DNA of 64,000 nucleotides from Octopus sinensis (Eukaryota): NCBI RefSeq assembly GCF_006345805.1, contig NC_043014.1:32302001-32366000 (forward strand). The letters are read 5' to 3'. The notes under the pieces are model-generated. The model had not been told where the DNA came from. It saw nothing but the letters and a program-made list of their open reading frames with translations, and searched no databases. Both the position numbers and the translations under genes were made by a program. Shown in pieces: positions 24,188 through 36,829 of the stretch (within the stretch, counting starts at the first letter, position 1; the number at the start of each line of letters is the position of its first letter).

Positions 24188-24560
24188 AGTGAAGGTGCAA
24201 TGGCACAGTGGTTAGGGCAGCAGACTTGCAGTTGTAGGATTGCGGTTTCAATTCCCAGACTGGATGTTGGGAGTGTTTATTGAGCGAAAACACCTAAAGC
24301 TCCACGAGGCTCCAGCAGGGGGTAGTGGTGAACCCTGCTGTACTCTTTCACCACAACTTTCTCTCACTCTTTCTTCTTGTTTCTGTTGTATCTGTATTCC
24401 AAAGGGTCAGCCTTGTCACACTCTGTGTCATTCTGAATCTCTCTGAAAACTATTTTAAGGGTACATGTGTCTGTGGAGTGCTCCGCCACTTGCACGTTAA
24501 TTTCATGAGCAGGATGGTCCCTTGATCAGATCAGCTGGAACCCTCATTGTCATAGCTGGC
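24188..24560 (+). mobile_element. SINE family C with tail G
   Basis: Reverse complement of 22037-22428. Confidence 0.9.
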
Positions 24561-25029
24561 AAAGTGCCACAATATATATGGATATGTGTGTGTGTGTGTG
24601 AGTGTGTGTGTATGAGGGAGAGAGTGAGAAAGTGTGTGTAAGTGTGTGTGTGGGCATGTGTGTGAGTATGTATGTGTGTATCCAAATAGGAAAATTATGC
24701 TGTGCTTACATATATGTATATACTGTGTCAACTGTTATAGCATGTATATTTATATATATATATATGTATATGTGTGTGTGTGTGGGGGGGTGATGATAAT
24801 GATATATATATTTCTCTTATCATTTCTATGACAGATGACACTATATATACATATATGTATGTACAGCATAATTTTCCTATTTGTATAAAAGCACATATAC
24901 ATATACCATATATATTTCACATATAACGTACACACAAACACACACACACACACACACCTTCATTCCAATACAGACTAAACATATAGTAACAAGGAAAATG
25001 AAAGATAACAAATTGAAAAAGAATGATGG

Positions 25030-25061
25030 ATGAAAACATTATTAGTGTCTTCCATCATATT

Positions 25062-25100
<39 letters not shown>

Positions 25101-25910
25101 CAGCACCAGCAGCAGCAATGTTCTCTGTATCCTCCTCTTCCTCCTCCTTCCCTTCATCATCGTCGTCATCGTCATTGTCATCAATATCATCATCATCATC
25201 GTCGTCGTCGTCATCGTCATCAATATCATCATCACCATCATCATCATCGTCGTCGTCATCAATATCATCATCATCACTTTCATCATCATTATCATCATCA
25301 TCATCATCATCATCGTTGTCGTTGTCGTCATCGTCATCATTGTTGTCATTGTCTCCATCATCATTCTTATCAACAGTATTGTCATTATCATTGCTATCAT
25401 TCCATACTTATCATCCTTGCCATCATCATCTTCTTAATTTCATTGTCATTATTATCATCATCATCATCAGTGCCATCATTATCTTCACCCTCACTATCAC
25501 ATTATCATCATGAATAAAACGAGAACATAACGGCAGTGGTGGTGGTGGTGGTAGTGGTGGTGGTGGTGGTAGTGGTGGTGGTGGTGGTGGTGGTGGTGAT
25601 GGTGGAAGATGTGGCAGTGGCGGTGGTGGAAGTGGCAGCGGCAGTGCACATACCAGTGCACGTGGTGGTGGCAGTGGAAGTGGTGATGGTGGTGGTGGTG
25701 GTGGTGGTGGCAGCAGTGGCAGTGGTGGCAGCAATGGTGGTAATGCTGGTAATGACGATGGTGGAGGCGGTGGTTGTGGTGGTGGTTGTAGTGGTGGTGG
25801 TGGTGGTGGTGGTGGCTGTGGTGTCAGTGAATATGGAAGTGTCGGAGGATGTGGTGAAAGCATCAGCATTGTTGTTGTTGTTGTTGCTATTGTTTTTGTT
25901 GTTTGTAGGC
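25030..25910. repeat. Large compound trinucleotide block (CAG, CAT/CGT, GTG/GCA, TGT)
   Basis: Direct; explains six long low-complexity ORFs. Confidence 0.95.
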
Positions 25911-26048
25911 AAATATATTTTACAATTCCATACTGTTACTGTTTACCTCTCTCTCAGGGATTTAATATATCTTATTTCTCCATTTTTGAGATCGCTGGAA
26001 AAAGCATACAGTGTTTTGCGAAGTTGAATGAGTTTTCATCACTAGCTG

Positions 26049-26106
26049 GTGATTATCATACACTGAAGACGGTAAGTACTCAGAAACCTGGGTCTGTGTG
26101 TATCAC
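26049..26106 (+). ncRNA. Type I hammerhead ribozyme, minimal stem III, stem II decayed
   Basis: gtgat-tat-cataca-CUGAAGA-cgguaaguacuca-GAAA-c(cugg)g-UC|ugugug-u-aucac: bipartite stem I of 6+5 bp and a GUC triplet. Confidence 0.62.
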
Positions 26107-26235
26107 GTAAGGCTAAAGATGTGAGTGATGACCTCCCTCACAAATACCGATCGGACAAAAACAGTGTATCATTATTCAGCTGTAGGAGATGTCTTCCTGG
26201 GGCTAAAATCAACAGTAACATCGTCCTCTATGGGA

Positions 26236-26414
26236 CTGCCATATTTCTGTTGTACCTGTATTTTAAAGGGCCAGTCTTGTCACACTCTGTGCCATGCTGA
26301 ATCTCTCTGCAAACTATGTTATGGGTACATGTGTCTGTGGAGTACTCAGCCACTTGCATGTTAATTTCACAACAGGCTGTTCCCTTGATCGGATCAACTG
26401 GAACCCTCATTGTC
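26236..26414 (+). mobile_element. Tail G retroposon fragment
   Basis: tgtacctgtattttaaagggcc..gaaccctcattgtc, as in SINE C/D copies that carry tail G. Confidence 0.85.
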
Positions 26415-27146
26415 ATTCCGTACTATTACTGTTTACCTCTCGCTCAGAGATTTAATATAGTATATATATATATATATATGTGTGTGTGTATATACATGAT
26501 GGCCGTTCACTCATAACCAAGGAAGACCATTGCTGACCTTCAGGAACATTGTGCATTCTAGGACTAACATCGAATATGACGTATGAGTGCTTTTGCCAAA
26601 CGGCTTTCACAAATGATTTGTTAATAGTGATCAAATGTATGTGTGTACATTAGCTCACCCATCAAATCAACGTTGCCTGAACAGGTGCATAGTGTTGAAG
26701 TGATTGCCGATGAAGAGTTTTTCACAAGAACACAGTGCACTACACAGTCTAGGAAGAGAGAGACCATGATCACACAGGTGTATATAGTGGGTGTACCAGC
26801 AAAATTGTCCAAATTTTAGATTAATCTTTGAACTTTTGTTTCTCTGAAATGCTTAAAGATGACTTAATGGAATTACCAGAAGTTTTTCTAACACTATTGG
26901 ACCCTACTTTGAGCAAGAAAAATGTTGGTTGCTCTCCAAGCTCACCTGAAGAATTGTGATCAAGTTGATCATGGACATAAATGACAAATCCACTCAATCC
27001 AAAGTTATAGTAGAAGGAAATAGCCCAAGGTGCTGCATAGTGAGATTGAACCTGAAACGACATAGTTGTGAAGACACTTGCTCAAGATATCACATAACAG
27101 AACAAAGTTCCTCTCAATTCCCTCACATATCTACCATAGCCCCACT

Positions 27147-27384
27147 ATGGTAAGGCGGCGAGCTGGTAGAAACGTTAGCATGCCTGGTGAAATGCTTAGC
27201 GGTATTTCATCTACCGTTATGTTCTGAGTTCAAATTCCGCCAAGGTCAACTTTACCTTTTATCTTTTCGGGGTCAATAAATTAAGTACCAGTTACGCACT
27301 GGGGTTGATGTAATTGACTTAATCTGTTTATCTGTCCTTGTTTGTCTCCCCTATGTTTAGCCCCTTGTGGGCAATAAAGAAATA
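27147..27384 (+). mobile_element. SINE family B, full length, flanked by a ~48-bp direct duplication
   Basis: Head ggcgagctggtagaaacgttagc..gagttcaaattcc; tail gggcaataaagaaata; flanks 27099-27146 and 27385-27433 match. Confidence 0.93.
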
Positions 27385-27761
27385 AGAACAAAGTTCCTCC
27401 CAATTCCCATTACATATCAACCATAGCCCCACTCGCCTGAGCCACTCCTATATCTCCCACCAACACTTGCTACAGTCACCTTTAACTATCTCTCCACACG
27501 CTCTTATGGAACCTTCCCCCCTTGATACCCCCTCCTCCATTCACCCTGTCCAATCTTCTGTACCACTGCCCTTATATTCACCCCCAACTGTACCTTGAGA
27601 GTATGTCTCCTGACACATCACCCCACCTTCTCTTTCTCTCTCTCTCTCTCTTTGTGTTTCTCTGTAATTCTCTCTTTATCTTCCTCTCATTTCACTTCCA
27701 ACTATGATAGCCATGTCCTCAACAGTAAGACACTTGTCTTTATCCCTCTATTATACTTTAA

Positions 27762-28075
27762 AAGGGTAAAGACACCGTTTGGTCATAAATGACCATGGGA
27801 TTCAACTTAGAAAAAATCCATACAAGGTTGTTTATGCAAGACCAGCAGTCGCCCATGCATACTCTTTCCACACCACCGATGTTCCCCAAAGGAAACACAA
27901 AGGCCAATACAGCTTAGCACCAGTGACATCGCAACTCATTTCTACAGTTGAGTGAACTGGAGCAACATGAAATAAAGTGTCTTGCTCAAGAACACAACAC
28001 GCATCCCGGTCCAGGAACTGAACTCACTACCTCTTGATTGTGAGTCTGACACTCCAACCACTGGGTCATGTACCT
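27762..28075 (-). mobile_element. SINE family D
   Basis: Colinear with 54591-54921. Confidence 0.88.
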
Positions 28076-28159
28076 ACTTTAACTTCTAACCAGCTGGCAT
28101 AAAGTCAACTTCGAGTTAAGGGATTTTTGTCTTGCAAGTTATTTGGTAATTCCACTTAT

Positions 28160-28345
28160 GTTGGCGCCATGTAAAATGTACTCAGCACACTCTGTAAAGC
28201 AGTTGGCATGAGGAAGGGAATCCAGCCATAGAAACCTTGCCAAAGCCGATAGAAGAGCTTGGCACAGTCCCCTGGCTTGCCAACTCCTGTCAAACCATCC
28301 AGCCCATGCCAGCAGGGAAGATGGATGTTAAATGATGAGGATGAT
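28160..28345 (+). mobile_element. RTE 3' UTR fragment
   Basis: Same tail as 45590-45778. Confidence 0.8.
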
Positions 28346-28483
28346 ACACAGATGATAGTTATATATATATACATTTATATCTCTGTGTGTCCCCCATGTA
28401 TATATATATGTGCTCACGTGCACAACACATGTGCATGTGTGTTTGTGTGCATACATGTATATATATATATTTATATATATATG

Positions 28484-28708
28484 TGAGCTGGCAGAAACGT
28501 TAGCACGCCGGGCGAAATGCGTAGCTGTATTTCGTCTGTCGTCATGTTCCGAGTTCAAATTCCGCCGAGGTCGACTTTGCCTTTCATCCTTTCGGGGTCG
28601 ATAAATTAAGTACCAGTTACACACTGGGGTCGATATAATCGACTTAATCCGTTTGTCTGACCTTGTTTGTCCCGTCTGTGTTTAGCCCCTTGTGGGTAGT
28701 AAAGAAAT
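28484..28708 (+). mobile_element. SINE family B inserted in (TA)n
   Basis: CpG-rich, near-consensus copy. Confidence 0.93.
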
Positions 28709-28711
28709 ATA

Positions 28712-31069
28712 TATATATATATATATAATAAATATTAGGGAATAAATCCAAATTATTATATACATTTATGAATTTATCATGGTAGTTTTTTAAAGAATCC
28801 ATTCATAATAAATTTTTTTTAAGTAGTGTTGGTTTGCCACGTGGATATAGTTTTTAGTTCCATTTATTCTATTTCTCTATTCATAATTTTAAATGACGTT
28901 TACTTTCCATGGCGCGTATTCTTTTTTTACATAAGTTATATTTCTATGGTAACGTAATTTTGGTTTGATTTTTTTAACGGCTAAGAATTTAATTTCACTT
29001 CATAATTTGAAACTGACTTGTAAGTATGTATTTTATTTCTCCTTATGTCATATTGTTATTTTTGATATTCTGGTTAATTACGATGTATTTAATGTTGTTT
29101 TTCATTGGAGTGTTTATGTATATGAGATTGTGCGTGAGTTTTTAGTTGTATAATTTATTTATCTGTATGAGTGTGGGTGTGTAAATATTGTTGTATATAT
29201 CGAGTTTAGTGAGTATGTATATGCGTATATGTGAGGGAGTATATGTATCTGTTGTGTGTGTGTGTTTTGCGTGTGTGTGTGTTTGTGTGTGAATGTGTAT
29301 ATGGGTTTGTTATTTAGGTTTTGGGATGTATGTGTTAATTTGTCTGTGTGGGGAGGGAGTGGGTTTTTGGTGTATATTGAGGTTTATAAGTTAGTATAGG
29401 TATGTGTATAAGTCGTGGGTCTGTGGTTTACGTGTGTGTATTTGTGTGTGAATGTTTAGGTTAGGGGGATTGCTATATAGGTTTGTTATAGAGTTTAGCA
29501 AAGGGAGATTTTATCGTTATATGTTTTTAAGAGTTTTGGTTTATCATGGTTTTTTTTAGGGAATTCGTGGTAATTTGTCTATTTTCGATGTTGGTTGTTT
29601 TATTACATTGTTTCATTCATAATTTTTGAGTGGTGTTCGTTTTGCCACGTGAATATATTTTTAATTCCATTTATTCCATTTCTCCATTCATTATTTTAAA
29701 AGATGTTCGTTTCCAGAGCGGTTATACTTTTTATACATATGTTAAGTTCCTTGGTAAAGTAATTTTGTTTGGTGTATATGTTGAGGCTTATATGTACTTG
29801 TGGGTGTGTGTGAGTGGGGGGGTGTTTGTATTTGTTATGGGTGTGTGGTTTACGTGTGTGTATTTGTGTGTGAATGTATAGGTTAAAGGGATTGCTATAT
29901 AAGTATGTTATAGTGTTAGTAAAGGGAGGTTTTATCATTTATGTTTTGTGAGTTTTAGCTTATCATGGTAGTTTTATAAAAGAATCCATTCATAATTTTT
30001 GTGTTTATTTGTCTGTGTGGGGTTGAGTGGGTTTTTGGAGTATATGTTGAGGTTTATATGTATGTATAGGTATGTGTAAGTGGTGTGGGTATTTGTATAT
30101 GTCGTGGGTGTGTGGTTTACGTGTGTGTATTTGTGTGTGAATGTTTAGGTTAGGGGGATTGCTATATAGGTATGTTATAGAGTTTAGTAAGGGAGATTTT
30201 ATCATTATATGTTTTTATGAGTTTTGGTTTATCATGGTAGGCTTGTTAAGGAATTCGTAGTAATTTGTGTCTATTTGCGATGTCTGTTGTTTTATTGCAT
30301 TGTTTCATTCATAATTTTTAAGTAGTTTTCGTTTTACCAAGTGAATATAATTTTTAATTCCATTTATTCCATTTCTCCGTTCATAATTTTAAGTGATGTC
30401 CGTTTTCTAGAGCGTGAATGTGGGTTGTATGTGTGTGTGTGTGGGAGTATGAATAAGTATTGTGTTGAAGTATTTAGCTATTTTATTTATTTATAGTTGC
30501 CTAGACGTTTTTATGTGTATGTATAGGGATATATATATAGGTGTGTGATTTAGTGTATGTAGTTAGATATGGTTATATATAATTAGGTATATGTGTATGG
30601 GGTGTATATATAGTTTATTATTATATTATTATTATTTTTTTTTGTTTTATGTTTTATATTTTATATTTTATATTTTATATTTAATTGTTGATAGGTTTAT
30701 TTTAGTTTATATATTGTTTATATATTGATTATATATGGATTATATATAGGTTATATATGGATTATATATTTATATTTTTTCATTCATACTTTAATTATTT
30801 TAAAATTATTATTTTTATATTTTAAAATATTGATATTTTAGATTGGAAGTCCACCTGAAGATTGTCGATCAAGACAAGAAACAATTGTAGTGGCGGTTTT
30901 TTTTGACTATTTATTAAAATTTTATGTATTGATTAAGTCTTTCCTTGTTTGTTTTGCAAAATAGTGGTTTTGTCTCTAATAATATTTTATAATATTTTAC
31001 TATAAAATTGGATTTAATCCTAAATCTGATTTTTTCCCTGTAAATTTGGATTTATTCCCTAATATTTAT

Positions 31070-31080
<11 letters not shown>
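28712..31080. mobile_element. Penelope-like composite with inverted termini, internal partial tandem duplications and a hammerhead
   Basis: The ~35-bp terminus ataataaatattagggaataaatccaaatt is inverted at 31041-31072, and both ends run into (TA)n. The minus strand holds three decayed copies of a GIY-YIG-like C-terminus (..ELKT(I)YPRG..). HHR at 30851. Confidence 0.7.
30851..30893 (+). ncRNA. Minimal type I hammerhead ribozyme, intact
   Basis: ccac-CUGAAGA-uuguc(gaucaa)gacaa-GAAA-c(aauu)g-UA|gugg: 4-bp stem I, perfect 5-bp stem II, palindromic AAUU loop III, GUA triplet. Confidence 0.88.
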
Positions 31081-31105
<25 letters not shown>

Positions 31106-31188
31106 ATATGATAAGTACTAATGCATGAAACTCACAGAACCTTGAGTCACACTGTTGCTTTTGCTATATATATATTATATATTATAAT

Positions 31189-31219
<31 letters not shown>

Positions 31220-31266
31220 TATGATAGATTATCTAGATGAAATGAGTCTCTGTGTGTTTGTGTGTG

Positions 31267-31313
<47 letters not shown>

Positions 31314-31960
31314 GAGAAAGTGAGAAGTGAGAAATACATTAATGTAAATTACAGTGAAATGGGAATTTGTTTTACAACATTACTGTATGATGAATGAATC
31401 TTTTGAAAGGAATTTAGGACCACTGTGTTTCTATGTTAATCTATACATACATACATACATACATACATACATACATACGTGATGTGTGTGTATATATATA
31501 CACTCACACACACAAATACATACATACATATATATGTATATATGTATTGATACATACGTACATGTGTGCATGCATACATACATACATACACACACACACA
31601 CAATATATATATATATATATATATATACATGCATACATACTTGCATGCATGTATACACACACATATATTGGAACAGCAGTATCTATATGATGGATCAATA
31701 CTTGTCTATTTAGGTTAGAAACTTATAACGATACATTAATCATATTTACTTATGTACATATATATATTTACATGCATATAATCATTCATATATAAAGATA
31801 TGTGTATATGTATGTATATGTATATATATATGTGTGTGTGTGCTGTTATGTATATTTCATACATAATGTATGTTAATATACATTTATGTATACATATATT
31901 CATGCATACAATTGTATGATATATATATATGTACACTTTAATACATCCCCTACTTTGTCT
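31060..31960. repeat. (TA), (GA), (CATA), (TG) microsatellite field
   Basis: Direct. Confidence 0.93.
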
Positions 31961-32084
31961 CTCTATATAAGTATTTGTTTATGTTTATATTTCACAGAAT
32001 GCGTGTTTGTGTCTGTAAGAGAAAAACAAATGTTAGTGTATAAGACTTATTGCTATGTATATGTTATGGGAACATACTTAATCA

Positions 32085-33560
32085 TCCATTCTTTTGTAAA
32101 GGACAGATGGAACTAACCCTCTCTTCTTTTGGTGTAGGAAAGATAGACTTAACTATATCTCTTTGGTAGAATGCTGATAGATCATAGATCATACCGGCTC
32201 TCTTTGGTGGTGGTCAGATGGAAGACATTGTCTTCCCTTGATGGATAGATTTGACCCAGATTTGGCAAGCTGTTTCAGTGCTGGTGATTTGGCATGGCTG
32301 ATTGGACACTGAAACTGTTTTGGTGACAGTACTTTTTAACACTGGACGCAAACACACTCACACACATATATCCACATATGCAGAAATATACAGAGAGAGA
32401 GAGAGAATGAGACAAAGAGGCATTACAATTTATTAATTGAACAGGGTTGTCATAAACACTGCTTCTCTCCTCATATACAACATCAGAAGCAGAGTGAGAA
32501 AGATAGAGAGAAATTAAAACAAGAGAAACATTGTGATGTCTGATATCAAATAAATCAGTGTTAAATCAGTGGTGCCAGATAAGTGGTACCGAAACAGCTG
32601 TACCAAATAGCTATGTCAAAATGTCTCATACTCAACTAACCATGTCACTTTGGAGGAGAAAAGACAGACCTACCTATCTCTCTTTGATGGAGTACATTTA
32701 AATGTAATCATCTCTTTCTGGTGGAGAACAGATGAAACAAATCATCTCTCTTTGGTGGAGATCAGATGGACTTAACCATCTCTCTGATGGTAGACTGATA
32801 ATGTTAACCTTCCATCTTTGTTTCATAGACGTTTACAAGAGAGATATGAAGTCTATAGATTTGGACGGTCTGAGATGGGAGGGAGTTGCAAATGATTGCC
32901 AATGCTAGAGGCAAAATCTACGCAAGGAAATGAAATGAGCGGAAGAGAAACTAGAACTTGCCACTGAAGAAAAGCCTGCTTGAAGAAAGGAAATATCTGT
33001 AGAGCTGATAGAGAGCTTCTTCAAATGCAGTTGCTGCCTGCAAGACTGTTGCTCCTCTATGGGCCTATACAGCCACGGCAGATGCTGCGCTGCCATCAGT
33101 AGCTGATACAAAATTCTTCAGGTGCAGGTTTACGGTCTTTCAAAACTGACAGATGCCTATCTACATCTACATTGTTTTTGCTGTTTTGTATAGTCTCTCT
33201 GCCAAGTGTGTTTACAAGAATGGCTAAAGTTTGGGTTTTTTGTCTTCTTAGTCCATCTTTTATAGTTACTCTCATTCTTGGTGGACAAGGGATGAAGTTA
33301 ACCGTCTCCCTTTGGTGGAGGACAAAAAGCCCAAACCATCCAGTTTTTGATGAATGGAAAATAGACTTAAACATCTAATTTCTGGTGAGCTACAGTTAGA
33401 CTTAATCATACAGTCTATTGTGAAGGACAACTGGACCAAACCACGAAATCTTTGTAAGAAAACATATAGACCAAAACACTTAGTCTTTGGGAAACCACAG
33501 ATGAACCTAAGAACTTCTTATGGTGGATGACAAATGGAGCAAAGTATCCATTCTTTGACT
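32085..33560. repeat. Old ~34-bp minisatellite (AACCATCTCTCTTTGGTGGAGAACAGATGGACCT) interrupted by an RTE
   Basis: Units visible at 32100-32250, 32635-32825 and 33275-33560. Confidence 0.68.
32830..33170 (+). mobile_element. RTE-clade LINE ORF2 C-terminus with terminal Zn-finger-like motif
   Basis: DVYKRDMKSIDLDGLRWEGVANDCQC*RQNLRKEMK..EEK..FKCSCCLQDCCSSMGLYSHGRCC, matching the RTE C-x2-C..GL.SH.R.C terminus. Confidence 0.8.
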
Positions 33561-33762
33561 TTTTCACTCTTCCTCAGCTTAATTTGAACTCCATTTGTAA
33601 ATGAAAGATGAAATACTTGAAAGATAATCTTACATATTGAAGATGAGAAACTTTTGTTGAGGTTTATAGTTGATTAAATCAATCCACTGATTGACAATTA
33701 ATGAAACGAAGTCAAAGCTGATCTAGGTAGGATTTAACTCCTGGACACAGTAACAGATGCAA

Positions 33763-34678
33763 CGGTGTATCAAAATGTTCCCAGAGTAGTTCTGTAGCAT
33801 TACAATAGATGGCAGTGTACAGTTGCATGCACAGGGAGTGTTAGCAGTGACCGTCACAAGACAGTATTTAGTTCACTGTATTTACTTTGCAAGTTGTGAA
33901 ATTTGTGTTTTTGTGATTATGTTTATGCTGTAGTCTGTGATTTTGTCATGGACAAGAACGATGATCCAGTGTGAAATGTTGTGTTAAACTTGGGAAGTCT
34001 CCTACAGAGACATTGAGCATGCTTTGACAAGCTTACAGTGACAAGGCAATGGGTCATACACATTGTTTTGAGTGGAATGGGCACTTCAAAAGTGGAAGGA
34101 CATCATTAAAAGATTATGAGTGATCTGGAAGACCTGCCACGAATGTCACCTCTGGAGATGTGGTATTGGTACATTGAGAGTTTGTCCCTCAGAGCCAGAC
34201 CATCAATCAAGAGTTCTACTGTAATGCTTGGAAGTGTTCGAGGAAGGACATTCGGTGAAAGCAACTGGATCTGTAGAGCACAAAGAATTGGAATCTTCAT
34301 GATGACAATGCACCCTGTAATCAATCTATCCTTACTCATAAGTTTCTTACCAAAAAAAATAAGGTACTGCTTCCACACCCACCTAATTTGCCAAATTGAG
34401 CACCTGCGGACTTCCATCTCTTCTCTAAGATGAAAAGACAGCTCAGAGGTTGCCGTTTTAACACCATTGTCGAGATCCAGAGTGAACTGCAGAAAGTCCT
34501 TGACTTGCTTATGGAAAATGACTTTCAGGCAAGATTCCAAAAGTGGCAAGAACACTGAAAATGACGTATTGTTGCACAAGGTGACTATTTCAAAGGAGAC
34601 AATGTTAAAACTTAGGTAAATAAGTTATTTTTTTTATCATACATAACAAGCTCGGAAACCTTTTGATACCCTCTCATA
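33763..34678 (+). mobile_element. mariner transposon, internally deleted pseudogene
   Basis: TIRs gtatcaaaatgttcccaga / ctcggaaaccttttgatac..TA. N-terminus CVKLGKSPTETLSML*QAY..FEW..FKSGRTS; C-terminus EFVPQGQTINQEFY..LHDDNAPC..LPHPPN..APADFHLF..KW..CIVAQGDYF. Confidence 0.92.
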
Positions 34679-35304
34679 ATTTATTATTAGAAGTTATTTT
34701 GTCCCTCTCTTTACAGATTCAATCTACCACTTGATTATTTGACTGTGATTTTATGACAAAATGATAAAGTAGAAGTAACAGTTACAGGGTATGTTAAGCA
34801 TTTCGTGTGTGCCTGCCTACTTGCCTGTCTGTTTGGAAAAAGATATCATTACATGCTGTAAGAGGTGAATGAGAATCAGCAGCCAGAAGGAAATCTGGCC
34901 ATCAATCATGGCCAATTCTAAGTTCTCACAACAGGGGAACGGGGGGGAACTGTAGTCAGATTGTAATACAACCTACAAGACTAACACCCACTGTCTCAGA
35001 GAAAATGACCTTAAAATATTTGCTCCCATTGTTGCATGTAGCATCTGTAACTTTACACCATATTCCAAACATGTCTTTTCCACTTCTTTAATTAGTTTCA
35101 CTTCCAACTATTGTTAAGTCTTGTTTGATAACATCTCACACTTAATTTGTTTCCAGCGTTAACTCTACCGCATAATCTTACAAGTATTTGGAAGAGATCT
35201 TCAAGTCTGAAGTTATCACAACTGTACACTATTGCGCCTACCTTGAATTCAGCCTATATACATTCTAAATCTTATAACTACAGCCAGGTATTTATCTCAT
35301 ATAT

Positions 35305-35448
35305 GTCTATCTATCTATCTATCTATCTACCTATCTATCTATCTATCTATCTATCTACCTATCTACCTATCTACCTATCTATCTATCTATCTATCTACCT
35401 ATCTACTATCTATCTACCTATCTATCTATCTATCTATCTATCTATCTG

Positions 35449-35481
<33 letters not shown>

Positions 35482-35495
35482 ATATATATATATAC
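35305..35495. repeat. (TATC)n microsatellite
   Basis: Direct. Confidence 0.95.
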
Positions 35496-36559
35496 ATATA
35501 TACACACACCCTATACACCATAGCTACAATGTGGATTTTATCCCATGCATTATCTGTATACCTTGGCTACAATATAGAATTTATCCCACTTATAATCTAT
35601 ACATTATAACTGAAACCTGGAATCACTCAGGGATTGCACGAATGAGTCGTTCTTTTAGAACTTAAACCTCCTTCCTTTTCTACACTATTATTAATGATAT
35701 TTCATTAAAATGCTTCATATAAACCTCAATAAAGTAAATATGCAATGATATTAATGGTCGAAGTGGTGGTGGTGGTGGCAGTGGTAGTAGTGGTGATTTT
35801 AATGGTTAAGGTAGTGGTTGATGGTAGGAATGATTGTTGAGTTGGTGGCGATGGTGGTGGTATTAGTGGTTAAGGTGTTAGTAGTTGAGATGTTGGTGAT
35901 CAAGGTGGTGGTTACGGTGGGTGTGGTGTTAGTGATAATGGTGGACAGTGGGGTTGGGGGTGGAAAGAAACAAGCAATATAAAGAAACATATAAAGAAAC
36001 AAAACAACAAGAAACAAAAAGCAAATAAGAAAAACAACAAAAGTTCATTATGAAATTTTATTATATTTTATAAAAACCTCATTAGCAGTTAACGAGCTGA
36101 GTCAGGAAATTTGTAAAGATTTTATTGGTAATTCAGAAGGGATCACTTGAAATATGTCTCATTTGGAATGTGAAATAAAACCTCCACCTACACTAACTCT
36201 ATTATCCCTATCATCATTACCACCACTTCACACTACACTGCACTATCATTAATATAAAACTACTACCACAACTTCTACCACTACTATCAACGTTACCACC
36301 TACACTTCAGCCCACACAATACTTTACACTCATGAATATAAATCACAATGTCCACAACCCCTTTTGCTGTACCCTACTCTACATTAATATTAAAATACCA
36401 CAACTACCATTACCTTTACAACTACAGTCAATTACACTACTCCCACTTAAGCCTATACTACTCTTGCACCTCCTTTTAAATTCATTATAGAAGCTTCACT
36501 ACATTATTTCACTTTCTAGGTGCAGTGGAAGACTCACATGCTTTCTGTCCAAGCCTTTC

Positions 36560-36792
36560 CGAAATTACTCTTGTGATACCGATTTCAAATTTTGGTACAA
36601 GTCCAGCAATTCCAAGGGAGAAAGTATGGTGATTATATTGACCTCAGCACTCGATGCATACTTATTTTATTGATCCCAAAAGAATGAATGGCAAAGTCAA
36701 CCACAGTGGAATTTGAACTCTTACGAAAAATTGGACGAAATGCTACCAAACATTTTGCCCAATGTGCTAACAATTCTTCCAGATCACTGCCT
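36560..36792 (-). mobile_element. SINE family B-related copy, degenerate
   Basis: ggcaaagtcaacc..gaatttgaactc..cattttgccc. Confidence 0.78.
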
Positions 36793-36829
36793 TAATTACT
36801 TTTATGATATTGATATCACCTAAAAGATG

